From positions 124,001-188,000 of the forward strand of contig CP128818.1 of assembly GCA_051546255.1 (NCBI GenBank): a stretch of 64,000 bases of DNA, written 5' to 3'. The position numbers and the translations under genes were made by a program. Shown in pieces: positions 10,828 to 21,600 of the stretch. Below the pieces are notes generated by a model that ran no database searches, was not told where the DNA came from, and saw nothing but the letters and a program-made list of their open reading frames with translations. Within the stretch, counting starts at the first letter, position 1. The number at the start of each line of letters is the position of its first letter. The stretch is from Meyerozyma guilliermondii (lineage: Eukaryota).

Positions 10828-12390
10828 CTATACTCCATATTCAGCAGCTCTCTCTCGTAAATCACTAGCTTCTTCTCCAAGCATCAGCAAAGCCTGTTGC
10901 AACAAGCATTTCAAGTTGATGTTCTCCCTTGTCAAATCATCCACCTCGGTGTCATCTTTCTTGAGTGGAAATTTGAACGGCACAAAATCACTCTGGCTGC
11001 TCATATCCGAATAAATGGAATCCATGTCCTGAGTTGGAACCTTTGAAGAGAACACAGACAAAGACGACTGTGACTGGTTCGATACTGCTGACTCTGGATT
11101 GTCGGACGCGGTAGAGTTGGAGCGTGGCTTCAAGTTTATAGAAAGATTGATCGACTTGAACTTATCCATCATTGACGTCGACCTTTTATGAGTCTTTAAG
11201 GTTTGTAAATGCGTAGGCTTCTTCTCAAATATCCGCTCATCCCACGAAAGCAAAAGATCGCCGAAAAAGGAATTGACGTCGTTGACAACTACTCCCCATT
11301 TGCATTCGTTCAACAAATGCTGGTATGCTACTTCCTCGTCACCATCCTGCAAACTCATCAAAATGGGTTTGTTGGCAATGAGAAGCCCTAAGGATATCTT
11401 CATGATTCCTGTCTTCCATCCTTCGAGCAAGCAAAAGTCGATAACTCGATTGACAATGTTCATATCTGGAGAATGGCTGCACAGAAACGAGAGCCACCAT
11501 TGGTACAAGAACACCTGGAATTCAACAAAGGAGTTGAGATGGCGGTACAACTCGCCGTCAATGGTCTTCAAAAGTGTTTGGAATTCATCGTTCCAACTTT
11601 GAAGCGTATGGGACATCAGCTGTGGTGTAAAGATATCGTGGAGTGATTTTTCCGTTTCCATGATTGTCAAAAGCGCATGGAAAACTAACTGGGGATCGTC
11701 TTTAAACTGGTGGCTCAACACACCAACGAGGAACAATAATCCTTGGCAGTAGCCTAGTTCGGCGTCGTAATTGGCGTAAACGTTGAGAATTGTCGAGAGG
11801 TTCTGAAGCGTTTCTTCCTGCTTGAAGTAGGGCAAGTCGGGAAACGTCCGGCTCAAGTCCTTGGAGATTTGCGTGGATATGTCGGCGCTATACGAATGTT
11901 GAAAGTTTTCGTAAACTAGCAAAGATGTTTGAGGAATTGACGAGTTGTTCAACAACAAGAGCCGTTTCCATATGGGACCCCGAAGTTGAAAGGGGATTCC
12001 TTGCTGGAGGAAAAGAAGCTGGGTATATGACGGGAACGAGTTGATTGTCTGGGAAGGGTTTGAAAGAAAAGAAGTCCAATAAGACATCTCAAGGTCGGAT
12101 GAGATGGTCTTCTTTGTATCCAAAAACGTCTTACAACAAGTATTCGACGAGATGGTGTTGATGTTGGTACCGCATTTGCCACAGGTGGTGAAGTCGTCTT
12201 TGGCAGTGTTGTAGTCATCAAACAATTTTTCGATTGATTGTGAGGGTTCTTCTTCACTAGATTGATTTTGACAAAATTGCGAAGCATATTCAATACGAGA
12301 TTCGAGGTTTGAAAGCATTAGTCTGTTGCTGGACTTCAGGTAGGTGCTGAGCGAGTGCTCGAACTCAAGAAGGGCTTCGAAGTTGGTCAT
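10828..12390 (-). CDS. TBC-domain Rab GTPase-activating protein (Gyp5-like)
   Basis: GIPFQLRGPIW, ISKDLSRTFP (arginine finger), GYCQG (glutamine finger); first ATG at 12390; C-terminal coiled coil. Confidence 0.85.
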   Translation of the reverse strand: MTNFEALLEFEHSLSTYLKSSNRLMLSNLESRIEYASQFCQNQSSEEEPSQSIEKLFDDYNTAKDDFTTCGKCGTNINTISSNTCCKTFLDTKKTISSDLEMSYWTSFLSNPSQTINSFPSYTQLLFLQQGIPFQLRGPIWKRLLLLNNSSIPQTSLLVYENFQHSYSADISTQISKDLSRTFPDLPYFKQEETLQNLSTILNVYANYDAELGYCQGLLFLVGVLSHQFKDDPQLVFHALLTIMETEKSLHDIFTPQLMSHTLQSWNDEFQTLLKTIDGELYRHLNSFVEFQVFLYQWWLSFLCSHSPDMNIVNRVIDFCLLEGWKTGIMKISLGLLIANKPILMSLQDGDEEVAYQHLLNECKWGVVVNDVNSFFGDLLLSWDERIFEKKPTHLQTLKTHKRSTSMMDKFKSINLSINLKPRSNSTASDNPESAVSNQSQSSLSVFSSKVPTQDMDSIYSDMSSQSDFVPFKFPLKKDDTEVDDLTRENINLKCLLQQALLMLGEEASDLRERAAEYGV

Positions 12391-12946
12391 ATGAAATGGA
12401 AATGACTCGAAATGACTGAGAATGACTGGGAAACAGACACGAAATAGACACGAATAGACAAGAAATAAACACGAAATAAACACAAACACTAACTGTTGTA
12501 CGTTAGTCACTTGATCAGGTTAGACCAGGTAGACAGCGTTTTAAGGAGTGATACGCCGTAACTTAAAGGAATGAATGAAGTGAGTGAAGTAAAGAAGAAT
12601 CGCTGCAAGTAAATACTCGCAGGGGTTTGGCGGGGCTCAAATGCACGTTCGCGTTTGGAACAGGTGCGTGAATGTTGCGGTTCGGCGTTGAGAAGACAAC
12701 ACCTGAGTGGTTTCTGGTGACGATATAGATTGAATTTAACTGCTCAGATCAGAATTGATCTTTATTGTGAAAGAAAGCAAGAATTGATATCCGTTTTCAT
12801 CGTCTTGGAAACCTTCCTATTTGGGAAGTCCTGCGACCTGCGGCTGCAACCAGCAGCGTGAAGGGTGTAGGGTGTAACGTGTAAGGTGCACGGATGTATT
12901 TGGGTTCATTTTCATTTTCATTTCGATTTAATTTCCTGGCTCCTGC

Positions 12947-13630
12947 ATGGTCTACTACTTTACAGTACAAGGCACCAACGACGACTTTGGGTTGCTGGTG
13001 CCGACCCATGAGGTTTACATGGGCAAAGACAAACACGAAAATGACCCTTTGATCAAGTTTTCCCATCCCAAAAACTTATGGTTTCATGTGGACAAGCATT
13101 CTTCCGCTCACTTGTATCTTCAATTGAGTGAAGAAGACCAAAACAAAACTTTCGAAAAGTTACAAATAGATAGCAATGTATTAGACCAGCTAGCACAGCT
13201 AACGAAAGCCAATTCCATCAAGGCCAACAAGCTCAACAATGTGACGATTATATATACCCCAGTGGACAACCTTCATACTGATGGATCAATGGATGTTGGA
13301 ACTGTAACTTTTCATAATCCTCAAAAAGTCAAACGGATTCTTGTTGCAAAGAAAGACAATGCAATCCTTAACAAGATTAACAGGACAAAACGTGAAGATA
13401 CTACGGAAAATTTCATTTCGCAGCAGCAAAAGATGCAAAAAGAATGGTCTACAAAGAAGAAACAACGAGAACGTGAATGGAAAGCACAAGAGGCCCAGTT
13501 AGCCAAGGAACACCAAGCGCAAAGAGAAAGAAACAAAAATCCATATGGGGACTTGTTTACTGATGAAGTTACCAATTTGAGCAGTAACGATACCCGGCAT
13601 GAAAACTGGGACGAAGACGAGTTTATGTGA
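12947..13630 (+). CDS. JLP2: Jlp2/CCDC25 NFACT-R domain protein
   Basis: MVYYF...YMGKDKHENDPLIK...WFHVDKHSSAHLY...KANSI motifs. Confidence 0.9.
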   Translation: MVYYFTVQGTNDDFGLLVPTHEVYMGKDKHENDPLIKFSHPKNLWFHVDKHSSAHLYLQLSEEDQNKTFEKLQIDSNVLDQLAQLTKANSIKANKLNNVTIIYTPVDNLHTDGSMDVGTVTFHNPQKVKRILVAKKDNAILNKINRTKREDTTENFISQQQKMQKEWSTKKKQREREWKAQEAQLAKEHQAQRERNKNPYGDLFTDEVTNLSSNDTRHENWDEDEFM

Positions 13631-13758
13631 GAAAGAACTAGAAGAACCAGATTAGAATAATAGAGAGAATTAGTAATACTAGACTAGAATTAGTAGAACT
13701 GAACTACTGAAGTCATCACTCTACACTTCGTTGCCATAAATTTATTGCTATGCTCTAT

Positions 13759-14007
13759 CTAGTCCATCTTGACGGGGAACTTTCCAGCCTCTCTTTGGTC
13801 ATCCCACTTTTCAACCCAGTCAACGGGACACAATGAAGTAAACGTCTTGAAGAAAATCTTACATGGCTCGAATTCCTCACCCTTGACATTGACACACTTG
13901 TGGTAGTCTACATACGACTGAGCACAATACTTGGACTGGTTCTGGTTGGGAAACCGGGCGTCGAACTGTGGGGTTTCAAACTTGAAGTTTTCGGGGTCAA
14001 AGGCCAT
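13759..14007 (-). CDS. COX12: Cytochrome c oxidase subunit VIb
   Basis: FDARFPNQNQSKYC with twin-Cys pattern, CPVDWVEKWDDQR. Confidence 0.95.
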   Translation of the reverse strand: MAFDPENFKFETPQFDARFPNQNQSKYCAQSYVDYHKCVNVKGEEFEPCKIFFKTFTSLCPVDWVEKWDDQREAGKFPVKMD

Positions 14008-14057
14008 GATGGTTCGGGTTGGTGAAGTTGGCTGATTTTCGCGAATTGAAAGTTCTC

Positions 14058-14077
14058 ATTGGACGTGTGTCACGTGA
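14058..14077. promoter_or_regulatory. CCAAT box and TCACGTGA E-box (Cbf1-type) upstream of COX12
   Basis: ATTGG at 14058-14062 and TCACGTGA at 14070-14077, 50-70 bp upstream of the ATG. Confidence 0.5.
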
Positions 14078-14376
14078 TCTGGTGATGGTGGGCCTGGTTT
14101 GGTGAAGTTGTGGAGGAGGTGTGGGAGGAAAGTGGAAGGGGAAGGTGGGTAGCAGCGGTGATTTTGAGGTCATAGCCTGAGTATGGATGGTTTTTCATTT
14201 GGATATTGTAGTGAAGATTAGGACAGATTTGGTGATGTGTGCAGGAGTTGTCCGAGTGCTTTTTTGTGAGGAAAGTACAATTGCAAGCCATTGAATACTC
14301 CACGGTACGTTAAAGTCGCCTTTTAGTTGAGTTCTTTCTGCACTTTTTTTTTTTTTGCGATTGTTTCAATTTTTGT

Positions 14377-14808
14377 CTATTTTCCACCCAGCTGCTTATT
14401 CCAACCGTCCATTTCCACGTCTTTTTCACTCAAAATAACCAGTAGAATCGCCAATTGGTACACCTTGGGACCCCTGATTTCCTCCAAAGCTTTTTGTTCT
14501 TCAGTTAGTTCTTTTTTGCCCAGATAGTTCGGATTACTAAACGATTTTTCCATAGATATATGGTTGTATTGATGTATATCTGCCCCAAGTTTTGACTTGA
14601 CCAACTCCACGATTGTAACTAGCTTTGAGATAGCCACAGACTTGCCTATCAAAAGCACTGTTGATTTTTCCTGCAACGAAGCCAAAATTTGTGCTACTCG
14701 TTGTCGAATAGAGTCATTCTTTTTTATGTTTGTGGCCACTACGTCTACCCCGAATACTTCTGCAACGTCGCTAGGCACGTCAGAAGTGGTAACTGAGCCT
14801 TCTTCCAT
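14377..14808 (-). CDS. POP6: Alba-like RNase P/MRP subunit (Pop6-like)
   Basis: 143 aa with Alba-type pattern (IKKNDSI...AISKLVTIVELVK...IHQYN...ILLVILS); PAC-core GATGAG just upstream. Confidence 0.65.
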   Translation of the reverse strand: MEEGSVTTSDVPSDVAEVFGVDVVATNIKKNDSIRQRVAQILASLQEKSTVLLIGKSVAISKLVTIVELVKSKLGADIHQYNHISMEKSFSNPNYLGKKELTEEQKALEEIRGPKVYQLAILLVILSEKDVEMDGWNKQLGGK

Positions 14809-14874
14809 GGAAAAAGAACCCTCTTCTATGTCAGTAAGTCAATTCGAATCAACTCAGATGAGAGTAGGCATCGG

Positions 14875-15330
14875 TCAGTCACGTGCGGGTGTGTCACGCG
14901 CGAGGGTCTTGTCGCTTTGGTGCAGCAGGCCGCTTGTGGCTGCGCGAAAAAGTACTCGCGATGTATCCAAAGGACCATACCGAGCCACACTAGTGTCGTC
15001 AATTAATTTATCGTATCTCATAGATTTCATGACCTCGAGCTGGCGGCGCCGCAATTCGGCTACTGGTGTATTTTCATCAACTGGAAGCCGCGGCTTTGTG
15101 TTTTTTTTGTGGGCAGAGTTACAAGTACAGTCAGCCACCTGTGATTGGGGTGGGTGGTTTGGGTGTGATTGAGTAGGGTTTGATTGAGGTGGCTGTGATT
15201 GAGTTGGGTTTGTTGCAGTTTGATTTGGGTTCGCATTTGAGGTTTCCGCGGTGGAAGTGGTCACTGTTTTGGATTGGTAGATGAGTTCTTCTGTTCCCTG
15301 CACGCACTGGCGGAGGAGATCCAAGTCCAT
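14875..15330 (-). CDS. Hypothetical protein (151 aa) with NPTQSQ-like repeats
   Basis: ATG at 15330; fills the gap between POP6 and AGX1; protein-like helical termini; no recognised family. Confidence 0.45.
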   Translation of the reverse strand: MDLDLLRQCVQGTEELIYQSKTVTTSTAETSNANPNQTATNPTQSQPPQSNPTQSHPNHPPQSQVADCTCNSAHKKNTKPRLPVDENTPVAELRRRQLEVMKSMRYDKLIDDTSVARYGPLDTSRVLFRAATSGLLHQSDKTLARDTPARD

Positions 15331-15476
15331 GAAACTAGATAACGAAGAACAGAATGGAATTGGTAGTAATTGGCTGCAAATAAGTGAATCGCGCAAACAG
15401 CCAAATCGCACAAATCAAATCCATTTCTGTCGTGTGGTTCCGACACGTCTGGGGCCCCGCGATTCCGGCCCGCCGG

Positions 15477-15483
15477 TATAAAA
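15477..15483 (+). promoter_or_regulatory. TATA box of AGX1
   Basis: TATAAAA 14 nt upstream of ATG1 and about 80 nt upstream of ATG2. Confidence 0.55.
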
Positions 15484-15497
15484 TCGCAAGTGATTGC

Positions 15498-16718
15498 ATG
15501 CTCAGTAGAGTGAAATTTTTGCCTAGATTTCGCCCATTGACCCCTATAATTTCCAGATTTGCCATGTCCTCCGTTCCATATCAACAGCCAGCTCACAAGT
15601 TGACCATGATTCCTGGTCCTATAGAGTTTTCTGATGAAGTGTTGTACGCCATGTCCACTCCTTCTCAAGCTCATACTTCGCCCGAATTCGTTGCAACTTT
15701 CCAAGAAGTGTTGAAGGGGCTCCGTAAGCTCTTCAAGTCTTCGGATCCAAACTCGCAGGGTTATGTCCTTGCTGGATCCGGTACTTTGGGATGGGATGTT
15801 GCTGGTGCCAATTTGGTCAATCCCGGTGATAACGTATTGGTACTTTCCACTGGTTTTTTTTCCGATTCTTTTGCTGAATGTTTGAAAGTATACGGAGCCA
15901 ATGTCGATGTACTCACTGCTGACATTGGAGATGTTGTTCCCATTGAAAAAGTGACGGAGCAATTGTCGAAGAAGAACTATACCGCAGTAACGGTTACCCA
16001 TGTCGACACCTCCACTTCTGTTGTTTCCGATGTTAAGACTGTTCTGGACGCCGTGAAGAATGCTTCACCAGAAACTTTGCTTTTTGTGGATGGTGTTTGT
16101 TCCATTGGTGTTGAAGATCTCGAGTTCGACAAATGGGGAGTGGATTTTGCTCTCACTGCCTCTCAAAAAGCCATTGGTGTGCCCGCAGGCTTGTCCATCT
16201 TCTACGCCTCGGAACGTGCTGTCAACAAGGCATTGAACCGTGAAAAAGATACCACTTTCTTTGCGTCGTTGAAAAGATGGACCCCGATCATGAAGGCATA
16301 TGAAAGCGGTAGCGGTGCCTATTTCGCTACTCCTGCTGTGCAGACCATCACCGCATTGAAGGTATCCTTGCAGTCCATCTTTGGTGAGTCTTTGGATTCC
16401 AGAATTCAGAAAAATGCTGAAGCTTCTGCCAAATTCAAGCAACATATGCAAAAATTGGGATTGAAAATCTTACCCAAATCCGACGCTGTTGCTGCCCATG
16501 GCTTGACCGCCGTCTACTTTCCCGATGGCATTGACGGACCCGGCTTTCTTGGAAAGTTGGCTGCAAAAGGCTTTACTGTTGCTGGAGGAATTCACAAAGC
16601 ATTGCCTGGAAAGTACTTTCGTGTGGGCCACATGGGTCACTCCGTTGATGCTGGACATGTGGAAAAGGTAGCCGATGCCATTGAAGAGGCGCTCAAGGAG
16701 AGCGGATACAAGCAGTAG
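15498..16718 (+). CDS. AGX1: Alanine-glyoxylate aminotransferase (class V PLP); second in-frame ATG at 15564
   Basis: MIPGP, AGSGTLGWD, HVDTST, VDGVCS, TASQKA (PLP lysine), FRVGHMG. Confidence 0.93.
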   Translation: MLSRVKFLPRFRPLTPIISRFAMSSVPYQQPAHKLTMIPGPIEFSDEVLYAMSTPSQAHTSPEFVATFQEVLKGLRKLFKSSDPNSQGYVLAGSGTLGWDVAGANLVNPGDNVLVLSTGFFSDSFAECLKVYGANVDVLTADIGDVVPIEKVTEQLSKKNYTAVTVTHVDTSTSVVSDVKTVLDAVKNASPETLLFVDGVCSIGVEDLEFDKWGVDFALTASQKAIGVPAGLSIFYASERAVNKALNREKDTTFFASLKRWTPIMKAYESGSGAYFATPAVQTITALKVSLQSIFGESLDSRIQKNAEASAKFKQHMQKLGLKILPKSDAVAAHGLTAVYFPDGIDGPGFLGKLAAKGFTVAGGIHKALPGKYFRVGHMGHSVDAGHVEKVADAIEEALKESGYKQ

Positions 16719-16767
16719 AGTGGAATGAAGAAGAAAGCAGAAAGAAAGTAGAAAAGCAGCCGAAATG

Positions 16768-16950
16768 GACTTGAGTTGACTTGAGTTGATATCAGTTAGA
16801 CTTGAGTAGAGTTGATTTGACTTGAGTAAACTGAAGTTAGATTTTAGTTGAGTGGGTATACTTGAGTTAGATTTGATTTGAGTAGAATTGAGTTGACTTC
16901 AGTTGATTTGAGTAGATTTAAGTTAGACTTGGTTTGACCTGAGTAGACTA
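16768..16950. repeat. Degenerate pentamer-based minisatellite (TTGAG/TTGAC/TTGAT/TAGA)
   Basis: Recurrent ACTTGAGTTG / TTGAGTAGA units over about 180 bp. Confidence 0.75.
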
Positions 16951-17138
16951 GGTGAAAAAGAAGTAGTAGAGACACCATACTAAAAAACACAAAATGAGAA
17001 AAAACGAAAACTACTTCAAAATATTAGTATAGATATTTCATAAACTCACATTTTCGCAAAATTCACTTTTCACTTTTCACTTTTCACTTTTGGTCTCTGT
17101 ATTCGCAGCCTTCGCACATCGCGAAATTCATCTTCACC

Positions 17139-17951
17139 ATGAGTGTTCCATTTGATATCGACCCATATGAAGTGTTGCATGTAGCCAAGGATGCCACTCC
17201 GTTGGAAATCAAGAGGTCCTACAAAAAGTTGAGTCTTAAGTATCACCCCGACAAAATCCAACAAGCTGGAAATTCGGTGGAAAATGATACTTTTCCCAAG
17301 ATCCAGTTTGCTTATAGCATACTTTCTGACGCCGTGAAACGACAACGGTACGATCAGACCGGACTGATGGCTAGCGGTGTGGATGACGAAGGCGGGTTCT
17401 TCGACTGGAAGGAATATTTCCTGACTATGCATGATAAAATCACCATTGATATGATCGATGAAGATCGCAAACGATACCAAAATTCTGAGGAGGAACGCCA
17501 AGATATTGTTCAGAACTTTATTTACTATGAAGGTGACTTTCTAAAGCTCTTTGAAGTGATACCACATTTGGAGTTTGATGAGGAAGCGGAACAGCGGGTA
17601 TTTGCCATAGTTGAAGAGGCTATTGGTGACAAGAAAGTTGACGAAACTGTGATTAAATCGTTTGAAAAGTACAAGAAATCCCGCAAGACAAAGGTTAAAC
17701 AGATGCTCAAGCGGCTAGCAAAGGAAGCAAAGGAATCGGAAAAGTTGGCGGCAGCCATAAAAGACAAGGGTAATCGGCGGTTGGACTCCGAGAGTGATCT
17801 CAAAGCATTGATCCAGAGCCGTCAAAGTAGTCGGATGGACAGTTTGATAGACAAGTTGGAGTCGAAGTATGGGGCGAAAAAGGGAAAGAAACGAGCACCG
17901 ACGGAGGAGGAGTTTGAAAAGATCCAGGCGGGTTTGAAGAGGAGAAGGTAG
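17139..17951 (+). CDS. J-domain protein, DNAJC9-like histone co-chaperone
   Basis: J domain with HPD (KYHPDK); YQNSEEERQD middle motif; C-terminal helices ending PTEEEFEKIQ. Confidence 0.8.
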   Translation: MSVPFDIDPYEVLHVAKDATPLEIKRSYKKLSLKYHPDKIQQAGNSVENDTFPKIQFAYSILSDAVKRQRYDQTGLMASGVDDEGGFFDWKEYFLTMHDKITIDMIDEDRKRYQNSEEERQDIVQNFIYYEGDFLKLFEVIPHLEFDEEAEQRVFAIVEEAIGDKKVDETVIKSFEKYKKSRKTKVKQMLKRLAKEAKESEKLAAAIKDKGNRRLDSESDLKALIQSRQSSRMDSLIDKLESKYGAKKGKKRAPTEEEFEKIQAGLKRRR

Positions 17952-18601
17952 ATAGCAGAAAGGATAAAGCGCATGGTTGCTGGAGCTAACTGGAGCTGGT
18001 AGCTGAATGGTCATTTTTGGTATTCTCTCATCGTCATAATAACTTGCCGACAGCTGATCTAAAAGTCGGTATCGAGATCTCTTCTACTCCAATTTGGTAT
18101 AAAAATCATAACACAAAATACATGCCAGAAACCACAACACGGCAGTGGTGGAGTTCTTCAACACATTTCTTATTGGCTGCCTTCGTTGGAAAGATTCAAT
18201 TGTTTTATCGATTTGCACTCCGGTGCCTAATACGAGCGAAACCGCTAAAAAAAACCAAATATATCCCAGTCTAGGAACGGATATATCTTGATCGAAAGAG
18301 AACATCCCAGAAATGTTCTCCAGCCAAATTGAGTATGAAATATATGGAAGTCAATATACTGATTCGACACTCACACCTATTAACTTTCCTTAAACTTTCC
18401 TTAAAGTAGTTGAAAGTTGTTCGTAGATATACATAAGCACCACCTACTCCAAAAGAGTCAGTAGACTTCTGTTCAGTTGACTTCAGCCAAAGTCAGGTGA
18501 ACAAGAAATACCTATGAAGATTATCACCTATCGGTTGCAAGTTCACAACCTCTCAACTTTTTATGGTGCACCGGTGCACTAGCCGCATCCACCTCATGTT
18601 T

Positions 18602-18607
18602 ACGCGT
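18602..18607. promoter_or_regulatory. MCB element upstream of TOP2
   Basis: ACGCGT 20 nt upstream of the TOP2 ATG. Confidence 0.35.
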
Positions 18608-18626
18608 CGATCTATCACTTCCTCTA

Positions 18627-21600
18627 ATGAGTTCGTTTGAATCGGATTCGGCCAGCGACGCCGAGTCGGCGTTCTCCGATGCGTCTCTGGACTTCACTCC
18701 TTCATCTTCTGTGAAATCAAAAGGAAAAGTTCCACTTAGAGACTCAACTAATACCACCGCTCAACCATCCGCTCCAGCCACTGGCGATGCCTCTGATCAA
18801 TACCAAAAGCTTTCACAATTAGAACATATCTTGAAGCGTCCCGACACGTATATCGGGTCTGTGGAGAAAACTGGGGTCGAAATGTGGAGTTTTGATGCCG
18901 CAACAGAGTCGATGATCTACAAAGAGGTCCACATAGTTCCTGGTCTCTATAAGATTTTTGACGAGATTCTTGTCAATGCTGCTGATAACAAGATCAGAGA
19001 CCCCTCAATGAGGAACATCAAGGTCAATATTGACGCGGAAAACAATACCATCCTGGTGATGAATGATGGTAAGGGTATCCCCATCGAAATCCACAAGAAG
19101 GAAAAGATATACATTCCCGAGTTGATTTTTGGAAATTTGTTGACATCCTCCAATTATGACGACGACGAAAAGAAAGTTACGGGTGGTCGTAACGGATACG
19201 GTGCTAAACTATGCAATATCTTCTCCACCGAGTTCGTACTTGAAACCGCAGATTTGAATACCAGCCAGGTCTACAAACAAACCTGGACAAATAATATGGC
19301 AAACTTGACAAAACCCAAAATCACAAAGCTCAAGTCCAAGAAGGAATACACGAAAGTCACCTTCAAACCAGACCTTTCCAAGTTCCATATGGAAATGTTG
19401 GACGACGACATCTTATCTGTTCTCCGCCGGAGAGTGTACGACTTGTGTGGTACCGTCAAAGATTGCAACATTTACCTTAACGATAAGAAGTTGTCAATTC
19501 GCAACTTCAAGTCGTATGTCGAGATGTACGTCAATGCCATCAGGGAACGTAGCCCCGACCCTGTTGCTCCAGAAGGTGAAACGAGAAACTACTCGACAAT
19601 CGTCCATGAGGTATTCAATGACCGCTGGGAAGTCGCATTTGCCGTGAGTGATGGCTCTTTCAATCAAGTCAGTTTTGTTAACTCCATCGCAACCACATCG
19701 GGAGGAACCCACGTAAAATACGTCTCTGACCAGATTATAACGAAGCTTATTGATGCCCTCACCAAGAAAGAAAAGGGCAAGAAAAAGCTCAACATCAAAC
19801 CGCAAGAAGTCAGAAATAACATGTTCGTCTTCATCAATTGCTTGATCGAAAACCCTGCATTCACCTCACAAACTAAGGAACAGCTTACCACTCGTGTGGC
19901 TCAATTCGGAGGTAAGCCTCTGGAGAAAATTGTCATCTCCGACCAATTCATTGCTAAAATTTTGAAAACTAGTATTGCTGACAAAATCAGAACCATCGTT
20001 AATGCTAATGAAGACAAGGAAATGCTGAAAGCCGATGGCTCCAGAAAATCGAGAATAAAGAACCAGGTAAAGTTGGTTGATGCTAATAAGGCGGGTACCA
20101 AAGAAGGCTACAAGTGCACGTTGATTTTGACTGAAGGAGATTCGGCCATGCCATTGGCGGTTGCTGGTTTGACGGTCGTTGGCCGTGATTACTACGGCTG
20201 TTTCCCCTTGCGTGGTAAGCTTTTGAACGTACGAGAAGCCTCCATAGAACAGGTTTCGAAAAATGCAGAAATAAACTCCATAAAGCAAATTATGGGTTTA
20301 CAGCATAAAAAGCGGTATACGCCCGAAAACATCAAGAGTCTCCGCTATGGTCATATCATGATTATGACCGATCAGGATCAAGATGGTTCACACATCAAGG
20401 GATTGATTATCAATTTTTTGGAAACAAGTTTTCCTGGGCTACTCGAAATTCCTGGCTTTTTACTAGAGTTCATCACACCAATTGTGAAAGTCACCATAAC
20501 TGGCCGAGGAAACCACCGTGTTATTCCATTTTACAACATGCCCGAATTTGAAAAATGGCGAGAAACTGAGGGAACCACTTGCAAGTGGAAGCATAAATAC
20601 TTTAAGGGTCTAGGAACTTCTTTGGAGTCCGAAGGTCGAGAGTATTTCGCAGCTTTGGATCGACACATGAAATCGTTTCATGCTCTACAGGATGGCGATA
20701 GCCAGTACATCGATATGGCGTTTTCAAAGAAAAAAGCCGATGAAAGAAAGGACTGGCTTCAGGCGTTCAGACCTGGTACTCACTTAGATCCACAAATCAG
20801 GGAGATTCCTATTAGTGAGTTTATCAATAAGGAGTTAATTCTATTCTCAATGGCTGATAACGTTAGATCAATTCCATCGATTCTCGATGGATTTAAGCCC
20901 GGGCAACGAAAGGTGTTGTATGGTTGTTTCAAGAGAAACTTGCGGTCTGAAATCAAAGTGGCACAATTGGTAGGTTATATTTCTGAACACACAGGTTATC
21001 ACCATGGAGAAGGGTCGCTTGCCCAAACTATTGTTGGACTTGCTCAGAATTTTGTTGGTGCCAATAATTTGAACTTGTTGCAGCCAATAGGTTTATTCGG
21101 TAGTAGAGCTGCAGGTGGTAAAGATTTCTCGGCTGTTAGGTATATTCATACCAACATTACTGATCTCACGAGAGTCATCTTCAATCCCTTGGATGATGAT
21201 TTGTACACCTATGTTCAGGATGATGCACAAACTGTTGAACCTGAAGCCTATCTTCCAATCATTCCAATGCTTCTTGTGAATGGTGCTGAAGGTATTGGGA
21301 CCGGTTGGTCAACCAATATTCCAAGTTTCAACCCAGTTGACATTGTTGCAAATATTAGAAGAATGATGAACGGTGAAGAACCTGTTGACATGACTCCATG
21401 GTTCAAAGGTTGGGAAGGTGACCTTGAACGCATCTCGCCTGAGAAATATAAGGTCCTGGGTAAGATTGAGCAAGTTGACGATGATACAGTAGAGATCACC
21501 GAGATTCCAATCAAGACATGGACTAACAGTGTCAAGGAATTTTTGCTTGCAGGATTGGGAAATGACAAACCATGGATTAAAGATATGGAAGAACAGCATG

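Noticed and set aside
12391..12510. GTG-initiated 40-codon extension of the TBC gene
   Set aside because: Made of ACACGAAATA-like tandem repeats; no homology signal, unlike the NOT1 case.
14826..14980. TACTGAC-ATAG upstream of POP6 as a possible intron fusing the orphan ORF to POP6
   Set aside because: No good donor nearby; the best candidate (GTATGG at 14980) joins out of frame.
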